NCBI GenBank assembly: GCA_965230975.1
Contig: OZ246402.1
Coordinates: 711,228 to 775,227 of the forward strand
DNA from: an uncultured Candidatus Saccharibacteria bacterium
GTDB taxonomy: Bacteria; Patescibacteriota; Dojkabacteria; J137
DNA: 64,000 bases
Direction: 5' to 3'
Shown here: positions 19,003-28,271 of the stretch, in pieces
Layout: each line of letters starts with the position of its first letter
Numbering within the stretch: the first letter of the stretch is position 1
The notes under the pieces: generated by a model
What the model saw: only the letters and a program-made list of their open reading frames with translations
Told to the model about the DNA's origin: nothing
Databases searched by the model: none
Position numbers and translations under genes: made by a program

Positions 19003-20073
19003 TTAATATTTATATTTAATCATAAGACTTTCCACTAATTCTGCTAGTTTTTTAAAATCACTCTTCTTAATTCGTTCAGATAATTTATGTGTATCGTAAA
19101 CTGCATCTCCAAGGCAATATGTTTCTATTCCAACTGAATTTAAAAATGCTGCATCACTTCCAGATGTTACGGCTTTAGGATTTATCTCAACTTTTTGTTC
19201 TGAATAGATCTTTTTTAATTGTATAAAGTTTTGAGATTCTAAGTTCATATTGTAACCAATTGAATATGGTATCCATTTAAATTCTACCGTTGCATTTAGT
19301 TTTTTTGCAGAATTATTTATTGTCTCTTCAAACTCTCTTTTAATTCTTTTAAAACTTTCTGAATTGGTGCTTCTTAAATCACCTTTAAGTTCTAAAATCT
19401 CCGGTACAGTATTTGTAGAAAAACCACCAGATATTAAACCAATGTTTAAAGTTGAATATTCATCTGGCTTGCCCAGTTTCAAATTATTGGATGTATTTAA
19501 TAGTACTTGTAGCGCATTAACCCCATTTTGTGGAGCACTAGCATGGGCCGATTTACCTCTAATTTGAATCTCAAAATCTTCAATAGTTGGTGCCGACTGG
19601 GCAAGCCAACCAATTTCTCCTAATCCACCATCAAATATAAATCCTACTTTAGATTCTAGTTTTGATACATTAAATTGTTGAATTCCAGAGTCTGTTTCTT
19701 CTCTTACTGTAAAAAGCAGTTCTATGTTTAATTCTTTATTATCTTCGATTAATTTTCTTAAAGAATAAAGAATTGTGGCCAAAGATACTTTATTGTCTCC
19801 ACCTAAAATTGTAGTATTATCTGATTTAATCCACTCTTGGTCCTCAACAACTTTTACTCCACGGCCTGGTTCTACTGTGTCCATATGTGCACAAAATAGA
19901 ATTGGGTTTGGTTGATTACCTATTCTACAATAGATGATTCCATTAGAATCGGTTTCTGGGTTAAGGTTTAAATCTTGTAAAAACTTAACAATAAACTCAC
20001 AAACTTGGGCTTCTTTACCTGAAGGAGAATCTATTTGCGCTAGTTGTGTAAAAAGTTTAAATAATTGGTTCAT
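19003..20073 (-). CDS. M20-family metallopeptidase (PepT-like)
   Basis: AHMDTV, LGGDNK, TVREE, GSDA, HKLSE. Confidence 0.9.
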   Translation of the reverse strand: MNQLFKLFTQLAQIDSPSGKEAQVCEFIVKFLQDLNLNPETDSNGIIYCRIGNQPNPILFCAHMDTVEPGRGVKVVEDQEWIKSDNTTILGGDNKVSLATILYSLRKLIEDNKELNIELLFTVREETDSGIQQFNVSKLESKVGFIFDGGLGEIGWLAQSAPTIEDFEIQIRGKSAHASAPQNGVNALQVLLNTSNNLKLGKPDEYSTLNIGLISGGFSTNTVPEILELKGDLRSTNSESFKRIKREFEETINNSAKKLNATVEFKWIPYSIGYNMNLESQNFIQLKKIYSEQKVEINPKAVTSGSDAAFLNSVGIETYCLGDAVYDTHKLSERIKKSDFKKLAELVESLMIKYKY

Positions 20074-20074
20074 A

Positions 20075-20860
20075 TTATGATTCTTGTATGTTGACCTCTG
20101 GGTTCCAATTTAAAATATTAGCAAATCTTCTTCTATTTTCATATGATGGTTGCCCAAAAGTTTCACTTACAAGTAATTCTAACCTTTGTGCAACATTTGA
20201 GTTTGAAAAAAACATTACGCATTTACCTGCGGTCATTTGATCTTGCGTTACTTCTGCTACTGGAATATCATTTTCAGTTATTAACCTATTATTGCACTCT
20301 TCTTTCATCTGTATACCTGTCCCGTATGGTGGGTGAGTTGGTTCGCATACACAAGTGCTTGCTCCTAGGTATCCATCAGGAGTGCCTTTCATGTAACCTA
20401 CATTGAATGTATTTGCAAAATTCAAGCCAAGAGCTTTAATCATAACGTAAGTAGTTGTTGTACCCATAAATAAAACCTCTTCGTTTATAAGTTGATCTTT
20501 GAATCTTTCGTGTAATTGAGTTAAAAGCTCTTTCCCATGACCTTTGCCTCTATGAGCAGGGTGTACAATTACTGTCCCTAGCTCGTAAATATCTGGCAGG
20601 TTAGGGTTCCATTGGTTATTTCCAATATGTTCTCTGCCTAACACGGGTATTAGCCTGCAAAACCCAATCAAGTTATTGTGTTCATCAAAGCACATAGCAG
20701 CTAACCCTCTTTTAATTGATTCTTTAATTACTTCAATTGGTGGGTGTAACATTTTTTCTTCATGAGATAACAGCTCTTCAAGTTGAATAGCTATTTCAGT
20801 TAGTCTCGCATCACTTAAGTTTAAGTAATTATTATCGTTACAATTTATTTGATCATTCAT
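20075..20860 (-). CDS. GNAT-family N-acetyltransferase with Cys-containing C-terminal extension
   Basis: ELGTVIVHPAHRGKGHG acetyl-CoA motif A. Confidence 0.8.
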   Translation of the reverse strand: MNDQINCNDNNYLNLSDARLTEIAIQLEELLSHEEKMLHPPIEVIKESIKRGLAAMCFDEHNNLIGFCRLIPVLGREHIGNNQWNPNLPDIYELGTVIVHPAHRGKGHGKELLTQLHERFKDQLINEEVLFMGTTTTYVMIKALGLNFANTFNVGYMKGTPDGYLGASTCVCEPTHPPYGTGIQMKEECNNRLITENDIPVAEVTQDQMTAGKCVMFFSNSNVAQRLELLVSETFGQPSYENRRRFANILNWNPEVNIQES

Positions 20861-20878
20861 ATTGTATTTTTAACTATT

Positions 20879-20903
20879 AAAAAACCCTCCATTTGGAGGG
20901 TTT
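20879..20903 (-). terminator. Attenuator terminator in the GNAT-M20-lysS leader
   Basis: Minus strand AAACCCTCC-AAAT-GGAGGGTTTTTT, ending 18 nt before the GNAT start. Confidence 0.85.
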
Positions 20904-20924
20904 GGATTCTTAAATATTAATATA

Positions 20925-20987
20925 TTAAGCCCTCCTGAAATTTAGGATTGACTTAACCTTCTTTATTAATGCTGTTATATTTTTCAT
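20925..20987 (-). CDS. Putative leader peptide MKNITALIKKVKSILNFRRA
   Basis: 20-codon ORF between a near-consensus promoter and the terminator; its 3' end contains GGAGGG. Confidence 0.7.
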   Translation of the reverse strand: MKNITALIKKVKSILNFRRA

Positions 20988-20994
20988 GCGGTGA

Positions 20995-21023
20995 ATAATA
21001 ATGTATCCAATAAATAATGTCAA
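20995..21023 (-). promoter_or_regulatory. Sigma70 promoter TTGACA-N17-TATTAT
   Basis: -35 at 21018-21023, -10 at 20995-21000, 7 nt before the leader ATG. Confidence 0.8.
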
Positions 21024-21115
21024 ATATTTATAAACATATTTAGAATAAAAAATTTACTTTATTCTTTATTTTTTTGTTTCTACTAAAATTGATTTATGAT
21101 ATCTTGGTATAAAAC

Positions 21116-23143
21116 ATGGAATCTCAACGTAAGAAAAAAATAGTAATACTCTTAATAATAGTAACCTTTTTGCTAGGTTTATTATCTGTTGGTATATCTT
21201 ACTATATACAGCAAAGTCAATCTCCGAATGATAGTGGTGCTGATGCACAGTGCTCAGGCTATAATCCCGCAAAGAACGGTGTTCAATGTTTATGTACTAC
21301 TGACAATGGTAAGACTTCGCTAGATGGAGGTGTAATGTATTCTTGTACAGCTACATATGATGAAGATACTAATATTACCACTGCTACTTGGACTGCCGTT
21401 GGATGTGATATTGACGGTTCCGGTGTATTAGTTGGTCACATTAGAGATTCTACGTGTGGTTCTGGATCTTGTGCACCTAATCAGAGGGAGGTTAAGACTT
21501 GTAATCTACTAGAGGGTGTAGCCAATGTTTCTACAACTTGTAACAATGATTCAACATGTTTACAAACATGCGAAGCTGGGCTTTCCTGCTCTGGAAGACC
21601 ATTTAATGGTGCTACCATTAACTGTATAACAACAGCTAACGAAGTTGCGTATTGCTGCCCTAGTGGTTATTTGAATAAAGATGGAACTTGTATACAACCA
21701 AGTGTACAACAAAATGGATGTAAAGTAGGTGATACATTTCTAAATTTAGGCGAGTCGATTAAGCAAAAGTGTGGTGGTAATTGTCAACAAGGTTTTTATG
21801 AGACAGTGACATGTACTTCTGATGGTAATCCAACTTCTGTTTGTGTAAAAGATAGTAGTTGTCCTATTGAAGTTGCTACAACAACTGGAGGTTGTTCAGT
21901 TTCATCTGCAAGCTCTTGCTATAACCTAAATGTTGGGAATTCATGTGTAGTTTCATCAGTTAAAGGAACTTGCACAGATGCAAGTACTGGTTCTGGTACA
22001 GATTCAAAAATTAAGTGCTTTTGCAAGACAGAATCAGTCACTTCTCCTATTCAGGAATCCCAAACTTATCTGCCTTCATCTGATGGTCAAAAAACCTCAA
22101 TAACTACTTATTCTCAAACTTGTAACGATGCCGATGGTTGTACATGTCCTTCTGGTTCTGCATCTACTAGTGTTACCAGTGGAAACGTATGTACCCAATC
22201 AGGATCGCTTCCAGTAGTTGGGGGATCTTGCGGAAGTGGTGGGTCTTGCTTTTTGCAAGGAGGAGTTTATTCTGGTGTAACAGTTAATAACTGTGGAAGC
22301 GTAGGTAGAATAGACTCTACACCAAACAATTGTTCTGCAGGTTACTTATGTTGCAAAACAAATAGCTATATAGCTCAATGTACATGGAATTCTAACTCTC
22401 CAGCTGGTTGTACAGGCGATGGCGTAAATAGACAATATGTAAACGGAACTCCAACAAGAGCTGCTTGCTGCAGCGGTTTAACAGAAGATGGTTACGGAAC
22501 ATGCGGTTGTACTCAAGCAGTAACTCTAGCCTTATCTTGCACAAATGGTGCAACTAATTATCCAGATTGTAATGCTTGCCCAGCTGGTCAATCGTATATT
22601 GGCGGTAACTGCCAAAGTGTTTGTACCAACGGAGCTACTAACTATCCATCTTGTAACGCTTGCGTAGCAGGTTATACATTAGTTAACGGAACTTGCTCCG
22701 CACCATGCTTAAATGGTGCAACTAATACTCCAAGCTGTACAACTTGTCCTAGTAACTTTACAATGGTAAATAATCAATGTGTTGCAAACTGTACCAATGG
22801 TGCTACAAATCCTTCTGCTTGCAATGAATGTCCTGCAGGTAAAACTTTAATTGGCGGAAGTTGTATAGTACCAACAACAGTACCAGGTGGAATAGGCGGG
22901 GGGGCATTGCCAAGTACAGGGTTATTTGATAGCAACTACAACAAAATGATTTTGGGTATTATATTCATGCTTTTAGGTGTAATTTTCTATAAATATAATG
23001 TATATTCAAACTCTCTAGAGCTATTAGCAGGTTTAGAAAAACAATATTCTGTATATAAAAAAGGTAAAAAAAGTAGTTCTAAAAAATCAATAAATTCTAA
23101 ATTTGAAAATGCAGTAGAAAAACGATTTGATGACTTTAGCTAA
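21116..23143 (+). CDS. Cys-rich surface protein with N-terminal TM and C-terminal LPxTG-like signal
   Basis: Dozens of Cys; four 28-aa CxNGATN repeats; LPSTG followed by a TM helix and basic tail. Confidence 0.85.
   Translation: MESQRKKKIVILLIIVTFLLGLLSVGISYYIQQSQSPNDSGADAQCSGYNPAKNGVQCLCTTDNGKTSLDGGVMYSCTATYDEDTNITTATWTAVGCDIDGSGVLVGHIRDSTCGSGSCAPNQREVKTCNLLEGVANVSTTCNNDSTCLQTCEAGLSCSGRPFNGATINCITTANEVAYCCPSGYLNKDGTCIQPSVQQNGCKVGDTFLNLGESIKQKCGGNCQQGFYETVTCTSDGNPTSVCVKDSSCPIEVATTTGGCSVSSASSCYNLNVGNSCVVSSVKGTCTDASTGSGTDSKIKCFCKTESVTSPIQESQTYLPSSDGQKTSITTYSQTCNDADGCTCPSGSASTSVTSGNVCTQSGSLPVVGGSCGSGGSCFLQGGVYSGVTVNNCGSVGRIDSTPNNCSAGYLCCKTNSYIAQCTWNSNSPAGCTGDGVNRQYVNGTPTRAACCSGLTEDGYGTCGCTQAVTLALSCTNGATNYPDCNACPAGQSYIGGNCQSVCTNGATNYPSCNACVAGYTLVNGTCSAPCLNGATNTPSCTTCPSNFTMVNNQCVANCTNGATNPSACNECPAGKTLIGGSCIVPTTVPGGIGGGALPSTGLFDSNYNKMILGIIFMLLGVIFYKYNVYSNSLELLAGLEKQYSVYKKGKKSSSKKSINSKFENAVEKRFDDFS
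22538..22870 (+). repeat. Four 84-bp coding repeats
   Basis: NGATN codons at 22544, 22628, 22712 and 22796. Confidence 0.85.
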
Positions 23144-23403
23144 TCAAGCTCCTCACAATTAAGTATAGTTTCTAAACGTTCTAACATTTCATCAAAATCT
23201 TTACCATCAATGCCATGAATTTGAGCACCTTCTTTTAAAGTATCAAACCCAGAAAACATACAATTAACACAATGAAACCCATAATCTTCTGCTAAAACTT
23301 CTACTAGTTGTGGGTAGGTAATAATAAACTCAGACAAATTAATATCCGGGTCAATCTGAATGTAATTTGAAATGATTGTAGAGTTATTATTTGTACTAGT
23401 CAT
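23140..23403 (-). CDS. DUF1858-like small protein
   Basis: YPQLVEVL..YGFHCVNC...DTLKEGAQIHGID. Confidence 0.8.
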   Translation of the reverse strand: MTSTNNNSTIISNYIQIDPDINLSEFIITYPQLVEVLAEDYGFHCVNCMFSGFDTLKEGAQIHGIDGKDFDEMLERLETILNCEELD

Positions 23404-23404
23404 T

Positions 23405-24748
23405 TTAGTCATTTGTTAAGTTATTCCAAATATCAATAATGTTGGCTTCTACATTTGTAGGATCATCTTTCGACATTACAATGATATTCGCTTTATCCCA
23501 ATTATAAATTTTGTTTGCAAGGTTAATTACATCTTCAAATTTAAAGCTTTGAATCAATTTTATGTAATCAGAAATTGCAATACTCTTACCATGATATTCT
23601 AGCTCTTCTTCTTGAGAACTAATCCAATCAATTACAGTTGCTGGGTTATCGTATCTCATTAGCTCTGTATCTATTAATCTTTTCTTTCTTCTTTCAAAAA
23701 TTTCTTTACCTTCTAAACCCATTTTAATTTTATTAACACCTGAATATATTTCGCTTAATACAACCTTTAAATTTTCTGGGTTAAAGTTTGTATCTATTGC
23801 AAACATTGATCTAGACATCATGGAATATGTCCATGCGGATACATCGTAAACTAATCCAAGCTCTTCTCTAAGCCTTCTCCACAAAATAGATGTTTGATGT
23901 TGTTGTGATGCAGTGATTACTGATAAAAATGCAAGCAAAGATCTCTCTTCAAAAGTAGTAAGTAAGAATTCAAGTGAAGGAAAACTTATAATTAAATAGT
24001 ATTGATTTATATCAAGTTTTTGCTTAGCTTTGATAGTAAAATTTGAATAATTTGGGTACGTATTTATAAATAATCTATTTGGTTTTGCTTTTGATTTGAA
24101 AGTACCAAAATATTTTTCTAGTAAATTTGTAGCTTTTGCTATATCAAAATTCCCAACTAAATAAACTTCAATATTTTCTGGAACATAATGCTTGTTAAAA
24201 TGGTCCTCTACAGTTTGTTTAGTAAAACTTTTTAAATTTTCTACAGTACCTATAAGATCTCTGCTAAAACATGTATCATTATCTTCAAATCTATTTTTCA
24301 AAACTTCCATTTGAACTTGATATTCTATTGAATCATCGTATCTGACTTTTTCGTCTAAAATTATATCTACTTCTTTTTTAACATCAGATTCATTAAATAA
24401 TTGGTACAAAGATACTTGGGAGATATATTTAATACCATCCTCTAAATATTGATAGGGTAGTGTTGCATAATATTTTGTGTGATCATCTGATGTATATGCA
24501 TTAGAACTTCCGGAAAAGCTGTTCATGTAAGTGTTTAGTTTTTCCCAAGAGTCATAGTCTTTGGTAGCATCAAAAGCTAAGTGTTCAAGTAAATGTGATA
24601 TACCGTTTGTTTCTTTAGTTTCATCTAGCGAGCCGACGTTTATTTTTGCGGAGATACTCACAGAGTGAATTTCTGTTCTAGGATATAATATGCACTTTAT
24701 GCCATTACTAAGTGTAAATTTTATATATTCTGTTTTAAGGCTGCTCAT
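23405..24748 (-). CDS. M16-family (insulinase-like) zinc peptidase
   Basis: GISHLLEH, NAYTS, LREELGLVY. Confidence 0.93.
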   Translation of the reverse strand: MSSLKTEYIKFTLSNGIKCILYPRTEIHSVSISAKINVGSLDETKETNGISHLLEHLAFDATKDYDSWEKLNTYMNSFSGSSNAYTSDDHTKYYATLPYQYLEDGIKYISQVSLYQLFNESDVKKEVDIILDEKVRYDDSIEYQVQMEVLKNRFEDNDTCFSRDLIGTVENLKSFTKQTVEDHFNKHYVPENIEVYLVGNFDIAKATNLLEKYFGTFKSKAKPNRLFINTYPNYSNFTIKAKQKLDINQYYLIISFPSLEFLLTTFEERSLLAFLSVITASQQHQTSILWRRLREELGLVYDVSAWTYSMMSRSMFAIDTNFNPENLKVVLSEIYSGVNKIKMGLEGKEIFERRKKRLIDTELMRYDNPATVIDWISSQEEELEYHGKSIAISDYIKLIQSFKFEDVINLANKIYNWDKANIIVMSKDDPTNVEANIIDIWNNLTND

Positions 24749-24836
24749 AATAAATTTATTTAAGGAAATACATCAATAGCTTTACTGAAAGATTTCCAAT
24801 ATAATATTTTGTTCGGACCATTATACCAAAGAAAAA

Positions 24837-26408
24837 ATGAGAAAAATAAAATTAGGTAATACTAACAATATAAAATTATTATTTGGAGTTTTAATAATCT
24901 TTATTTTGTTTTTTACAAGTTATGTAATTGCTAACTATGTTTATTTTGATCCTTCAAAAATTAGATTTGAAACATCATCTGTAAAAATATTTGATGAAAA
25001 TAATACCTTGCTTTGGGAAATATCTAAAGATAATGCTGTTAAAAATACTCCAGTAACAATTTCAGATGTGCCTCTTGATTGTAAAAATGCATTAATAGCA
25101 ATTGAAGATAGAACATTTAAATCAAATATAGGTTTAGATTTTAAAGGTTTGGGTAGACTTACTATATCATTCTTTTCTAATGGCTCACTAGGTGGTGGAA
25201 GCACCATATCTCAACAAGTTATTAAAAATTACTACAATAATATTTATAACAGAAGTGCTGTAGATAAATTAAAGGAGATTATTTATGCAGTTAAATTAAA
25301 TAGCTACTATTCAAAAGATCAAATTCTAGAAATGTATTTAAATAATGTTTATTTTGGAGATTTAAATTATGGACTTGGTTCTGCAAGCGAAAATTATTTT
25401 GGTAAAAAAGTTCAAGATTTAAACCTATCTGAATGTGCGTATTTAGCTGGCATTCCACAATGGCCAGGAGTTTATAGCCCTAATGGAAACTTAGAAAAAG
25501 GTAAAAAAAGACAAGCTCAAGTTTTGCAAGCAATGCTAGAAGAGAAATATATAACTTACCAAGAGTCAATAGATGCATATTCTCAAAACCTAGAATTTAA
25601 TTTGCAACCTATAGAGGTTAGGGCTCCGCACTTTATTCAATTTGTTCAAGATACTTTAAATTCAAGTTCGGGAAATAATACATCAGATAATTCATTAAGC
25701 ACAACATACAACTACAAAATGCATTCAGATATTTTAAGCTTAATACAAAATAATATAAAAATTGCAAATTTAACAAAACTTAATAATGGAGCTGTGGTGA
25801 TTTTTAATAAAAATGAATTAAAGGTAATGATTGGTAGCCAAAATTACTTTGACGATTCAATAAATGGTAAATTTAATAGTGCATTAGGTTTAAGACAACC
25901 GGGATCTTCTCTTGGTCCTTTATTTAAATATTTTCAATTAGAAGTTAAAGGTAGTAATAATGAACTATCTGACTTAGATATATACACAAATTTTGAAGAG
26001 TATTTAAGAGCTCTCACAACAGTGCCTGCAAGTAACCTGTGCAATGAAAATCTTTTAAATGAAGGTTGTGAAGTTTCTATTTATGATCTATCAAAAATAT
26101 ATCATTTATTCTTGAATGGTTATTCCTCTAGTTTTATAAAAACTGATGTTCAAGTTGTAGATTTTAAAAATTCAGAATTTGAAAAATATTTTAATCAAAA
26201 CGCAATAACTTATGATAATTTTAAAATATTATTAGGTGATACATCTAATATGAAAGATATATTTGCAATTGCAACTAATGGTGAATATACTATTGGTATT
26301 TGGTTGGGCAATACAGATGGTGATCCAATAGATGGTTTGTCGGCCGGTAAATTCGCATTGCCTACTGCCCAAAATATTATTGATTATATTTTAAAAAATG
26401 AACGGTAG
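24837..26408 (+). CDS. Class A PBP-like transglycosylase with degenerate transpeptidase domain
   Basis: IEDRTF, GGSTISQQVIKN and ILEMYLN GT51 motifs; RQPGSSLGP lacks the SxxK lysine. Confidence 0.85.
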   Translation: MRKIKLGNTNNIKLLFGVLIIFILFFTSYVIANYVYFDPSKIRFETSSVKIFDENNTLLWEISKDNAVKNTPVTISDVPLDCKNALIAIEDRTFKSNIGLDFKGLGRLTISFFSNGSLGGGSTISQQVIKNYYNNIYNRSAVDKLKEIIYAVKLNSYYSKDQILEMYLNNVYFGDLNYGLGSASENYFGKKVQDLNLSECAYLAGIPQWPGVYSPNGNLEKGKKRQAQVLQAMLEEKYITYQESIDAYSQNLEFNLQPIEVRAPHFIQFVQDTLNSSSGNNTSDNSLSTTYNYKMHSDILSLIQNNIKIANLTKLNNGAVVIFNKNELKVMIGSQNYFDDSINGKFNSALGLRQPGSSLGPLFKYFQLEVKGSNNELSDLDIYTNFEEYLRALTTVPASNLCNENLLNEGCEVSIYDLSKIYHLFLNGYSSSFIKTDVQVVDFKNSEFEKYFNQNAITYDNFKILLGDTSNMKDIFAIATNGEYTIGIWLGNTDGDPIDGLSAGKFALPTAQNIIDYILKNER

Positions 26409-27060
26409 TAGTGTTTTTAAATGGACCAAAGAATATTTGGTAAGCATTATGTCTACTGGCAAAGACCCAATTCTTAAAGATCCTTTAATAATTAATGCAT
26501 TTACCCAAATAGATAGATCTGATTTTGTACCAGAACTTTTAAAAAGCAAAGCTTATAACGATTTAGAATTAGATATTGGCTTTAACGAAAAGTTATCAAG
26601 GCCGACTGTAATTGCACAAATGATAGCTTTATTACAACCTAAATTGGGTGGAAAGTACTTAGATATAGGGTCTGGCACCGGTTATAGTGCAGCAGTTTTA
26701 GGTTTTATTGTAGGTGAAAATGGGAAAGTGTATTCTTTAGAACGTGTTCAATGGCTTTGGGAGCAGGCTAGATCAAATATTCAAAAGTATCCAAAACTTG
26801 TTCAAAATGTTCAGTATGTTTATAAAGATGGTTTAGAAGGTTTGGTTAACCAAGCGCCGTTTGATGGTATTCATATAGCATTTGCTATTGATAAAATTCC
26901 AGAGTCATTACTTATGCAATTAAAGATGGATGGAGGTAGATTAATAGCTCCTACAACTGATTTATCAATTAGAATTATTCAAAGAAACAGTAAAGATGAT
27001 TACGAAGAAGAAATTGTCCCGGGCTTTACGTTTGAAAAGTTTAAAGAGGGGATTGCATAA
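26398..27060 (+). CDS. pcm: Protein-L-isoaspartate O-methyltransferase
   Basis: LDIGSGTGYSAA, DGLEGLVNQAPFDGI, GGRLIAP. Confidence 0.9.
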   Translation: MNGSSVFKWTKEYLVSIMSTGKDPILKDPLIINAFTQIDRSDFVPELLKSKAYNDLELDIGFNEKLSRPTVIAQMIALLQPKLGGKYLDIGSGTGYSAAVLGFIVGENGKVYSLERVQWLWEQARSNIQKYPKLVQNVQYVYKDGLEGLVNQAPFDGIHIAFAIDKIPESLLMQLKMDGGRLIAPTTDLSIRIIQRNSKDDYEEEIVPGFTFEKFKEGIA

Positions 27061-28081
27061 AAAATATAAGATTCCTGTATTAACTTTAGGATTTATTTTT
27101 AGTGTAGTAATTTTCTTTACTATACTATTTATACCATCTGGAAATTTAGTAAATAATTCTATAAAGCGTACTCAAGATATACTTTCTACCAATGAGTTAA
27201 TAATTTCTAATCTTAGTAAACCAGAATCTGACTCTATAAAAATTCTTTTTGTGGGGGATATTATGTTGGCTCGGTCAATAGGTCAATCTATTAAATATGG
27301 TAACGATCCATTCGTAAATGTTAAAAATAAATTTAAAGATTATGACATTGTAGTGGGTAATTTAGAAACCACTATTGCTAATTTGAATACAGGATATAGC
27401 GCTTCTAAAGGCTATAATTTTAAAGCTCCAATAGAATCTGCTAAAAACCTTGCAGATTCCGGAATCGATATTGTAAGCTTAGCCAATAATCACTCTATGG
27501 ATTATGGTGAAGATGCATTGCTAGAAACTATTCACTTACTAAATAATAATGGAGTTGGCTCATTTGGTGCTGGGAAAACTTTTACAGATGCATATAAACC
27601 TTTTTATGTTAAATATAAGAATATAAAAATTGCATTTATAGGCTTAAACAATATTGAAAGATGGGTTACAGATATTAATGATTACCATGGTGGAAGTGCT
27701 TACTTTGATGAAACGCTTGTTAGGAAATCCTTAAAAGATGCTCAAGATAATTCTGATTTGCAAATAGTTTTCCCTCATTGGGGTGAAGAATACACAACAC
27801 TTGTTAATGCAGATCAAAAAAAGTGGGCAAGGTTTTTTATTGATAATGGTGCAGATTTAGTTGTTGGCTCTCACCCGCATGTTGTTCAGACATACGAGAC
27901 CTACAAAGATAAGTTTATTTACTATTCTTTAGGCAATTTTGTGTTTGATGGTATGAAAGGTATTTATTTAGCAGATAAAGGCTCTATGCTGGAGGTTAAT
28001 ATTGTTAACAAAGAGATTGCCGGGCACAAGGAGTATTTTGTAGAGTTGGGTTGGAACGGATTTCCAAGGCTTTCTAACTAA
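26996..28081 (+). CDS. CapA/PGA_cap-family metallophosphoesterase (start uncertain)
   Basis: GDIML, GNLE, LANNHSMDYG, HWGEEY, GSHPHV, YSLGNFVF. Confidence 0.9.
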   Translation: MITKKKLSRALRLKSLKRGLHKKYKIPVLTLGFIFSVVIFFTILFIPSGNLVNNSIKRTQDILSTNELIISNLSKPESDSIKILFVGDIMLARSIGQSIKYGNDPFVNVKNKFKDYDIVVGNLETTIANLNTGYSASKGYNFKAPIESAKNLADSGIDIVSLANNHSMDYGEDALLETIHLLNNNGVGSFGAGKTFTDAYKPFYVKYKNIKIAFIGLNNIERWVTDINDYHGGSAYFDETLVRKSLKDAQDNSDLQIVFPHWGEEYTTLVNADQKKWARFFIDNGADLVVGSHPHVVQTYETYKDKFIYYSLGNFVFDGMKGIYLADKGSMLEVNIVNKEIAGHKEYFVELGWNGFPRLSN

Positions 28082-28271
28082 TTTCTTTCTAAGGATAGTG
28101 TCTGTTTTACAAAAACTATGCACCTCTCGAATTCTATTAGGTAACTTTTAAATCTAAGGAAGATTTGTAGTATCTTTTAAGGAGTTGTGAATATAAATAA
28201 TTAATATTAATGGCATTCTAGTACCATCAATGTATACAATATGTGAGCTATGGTGAATTTAGGGTGAAGAT

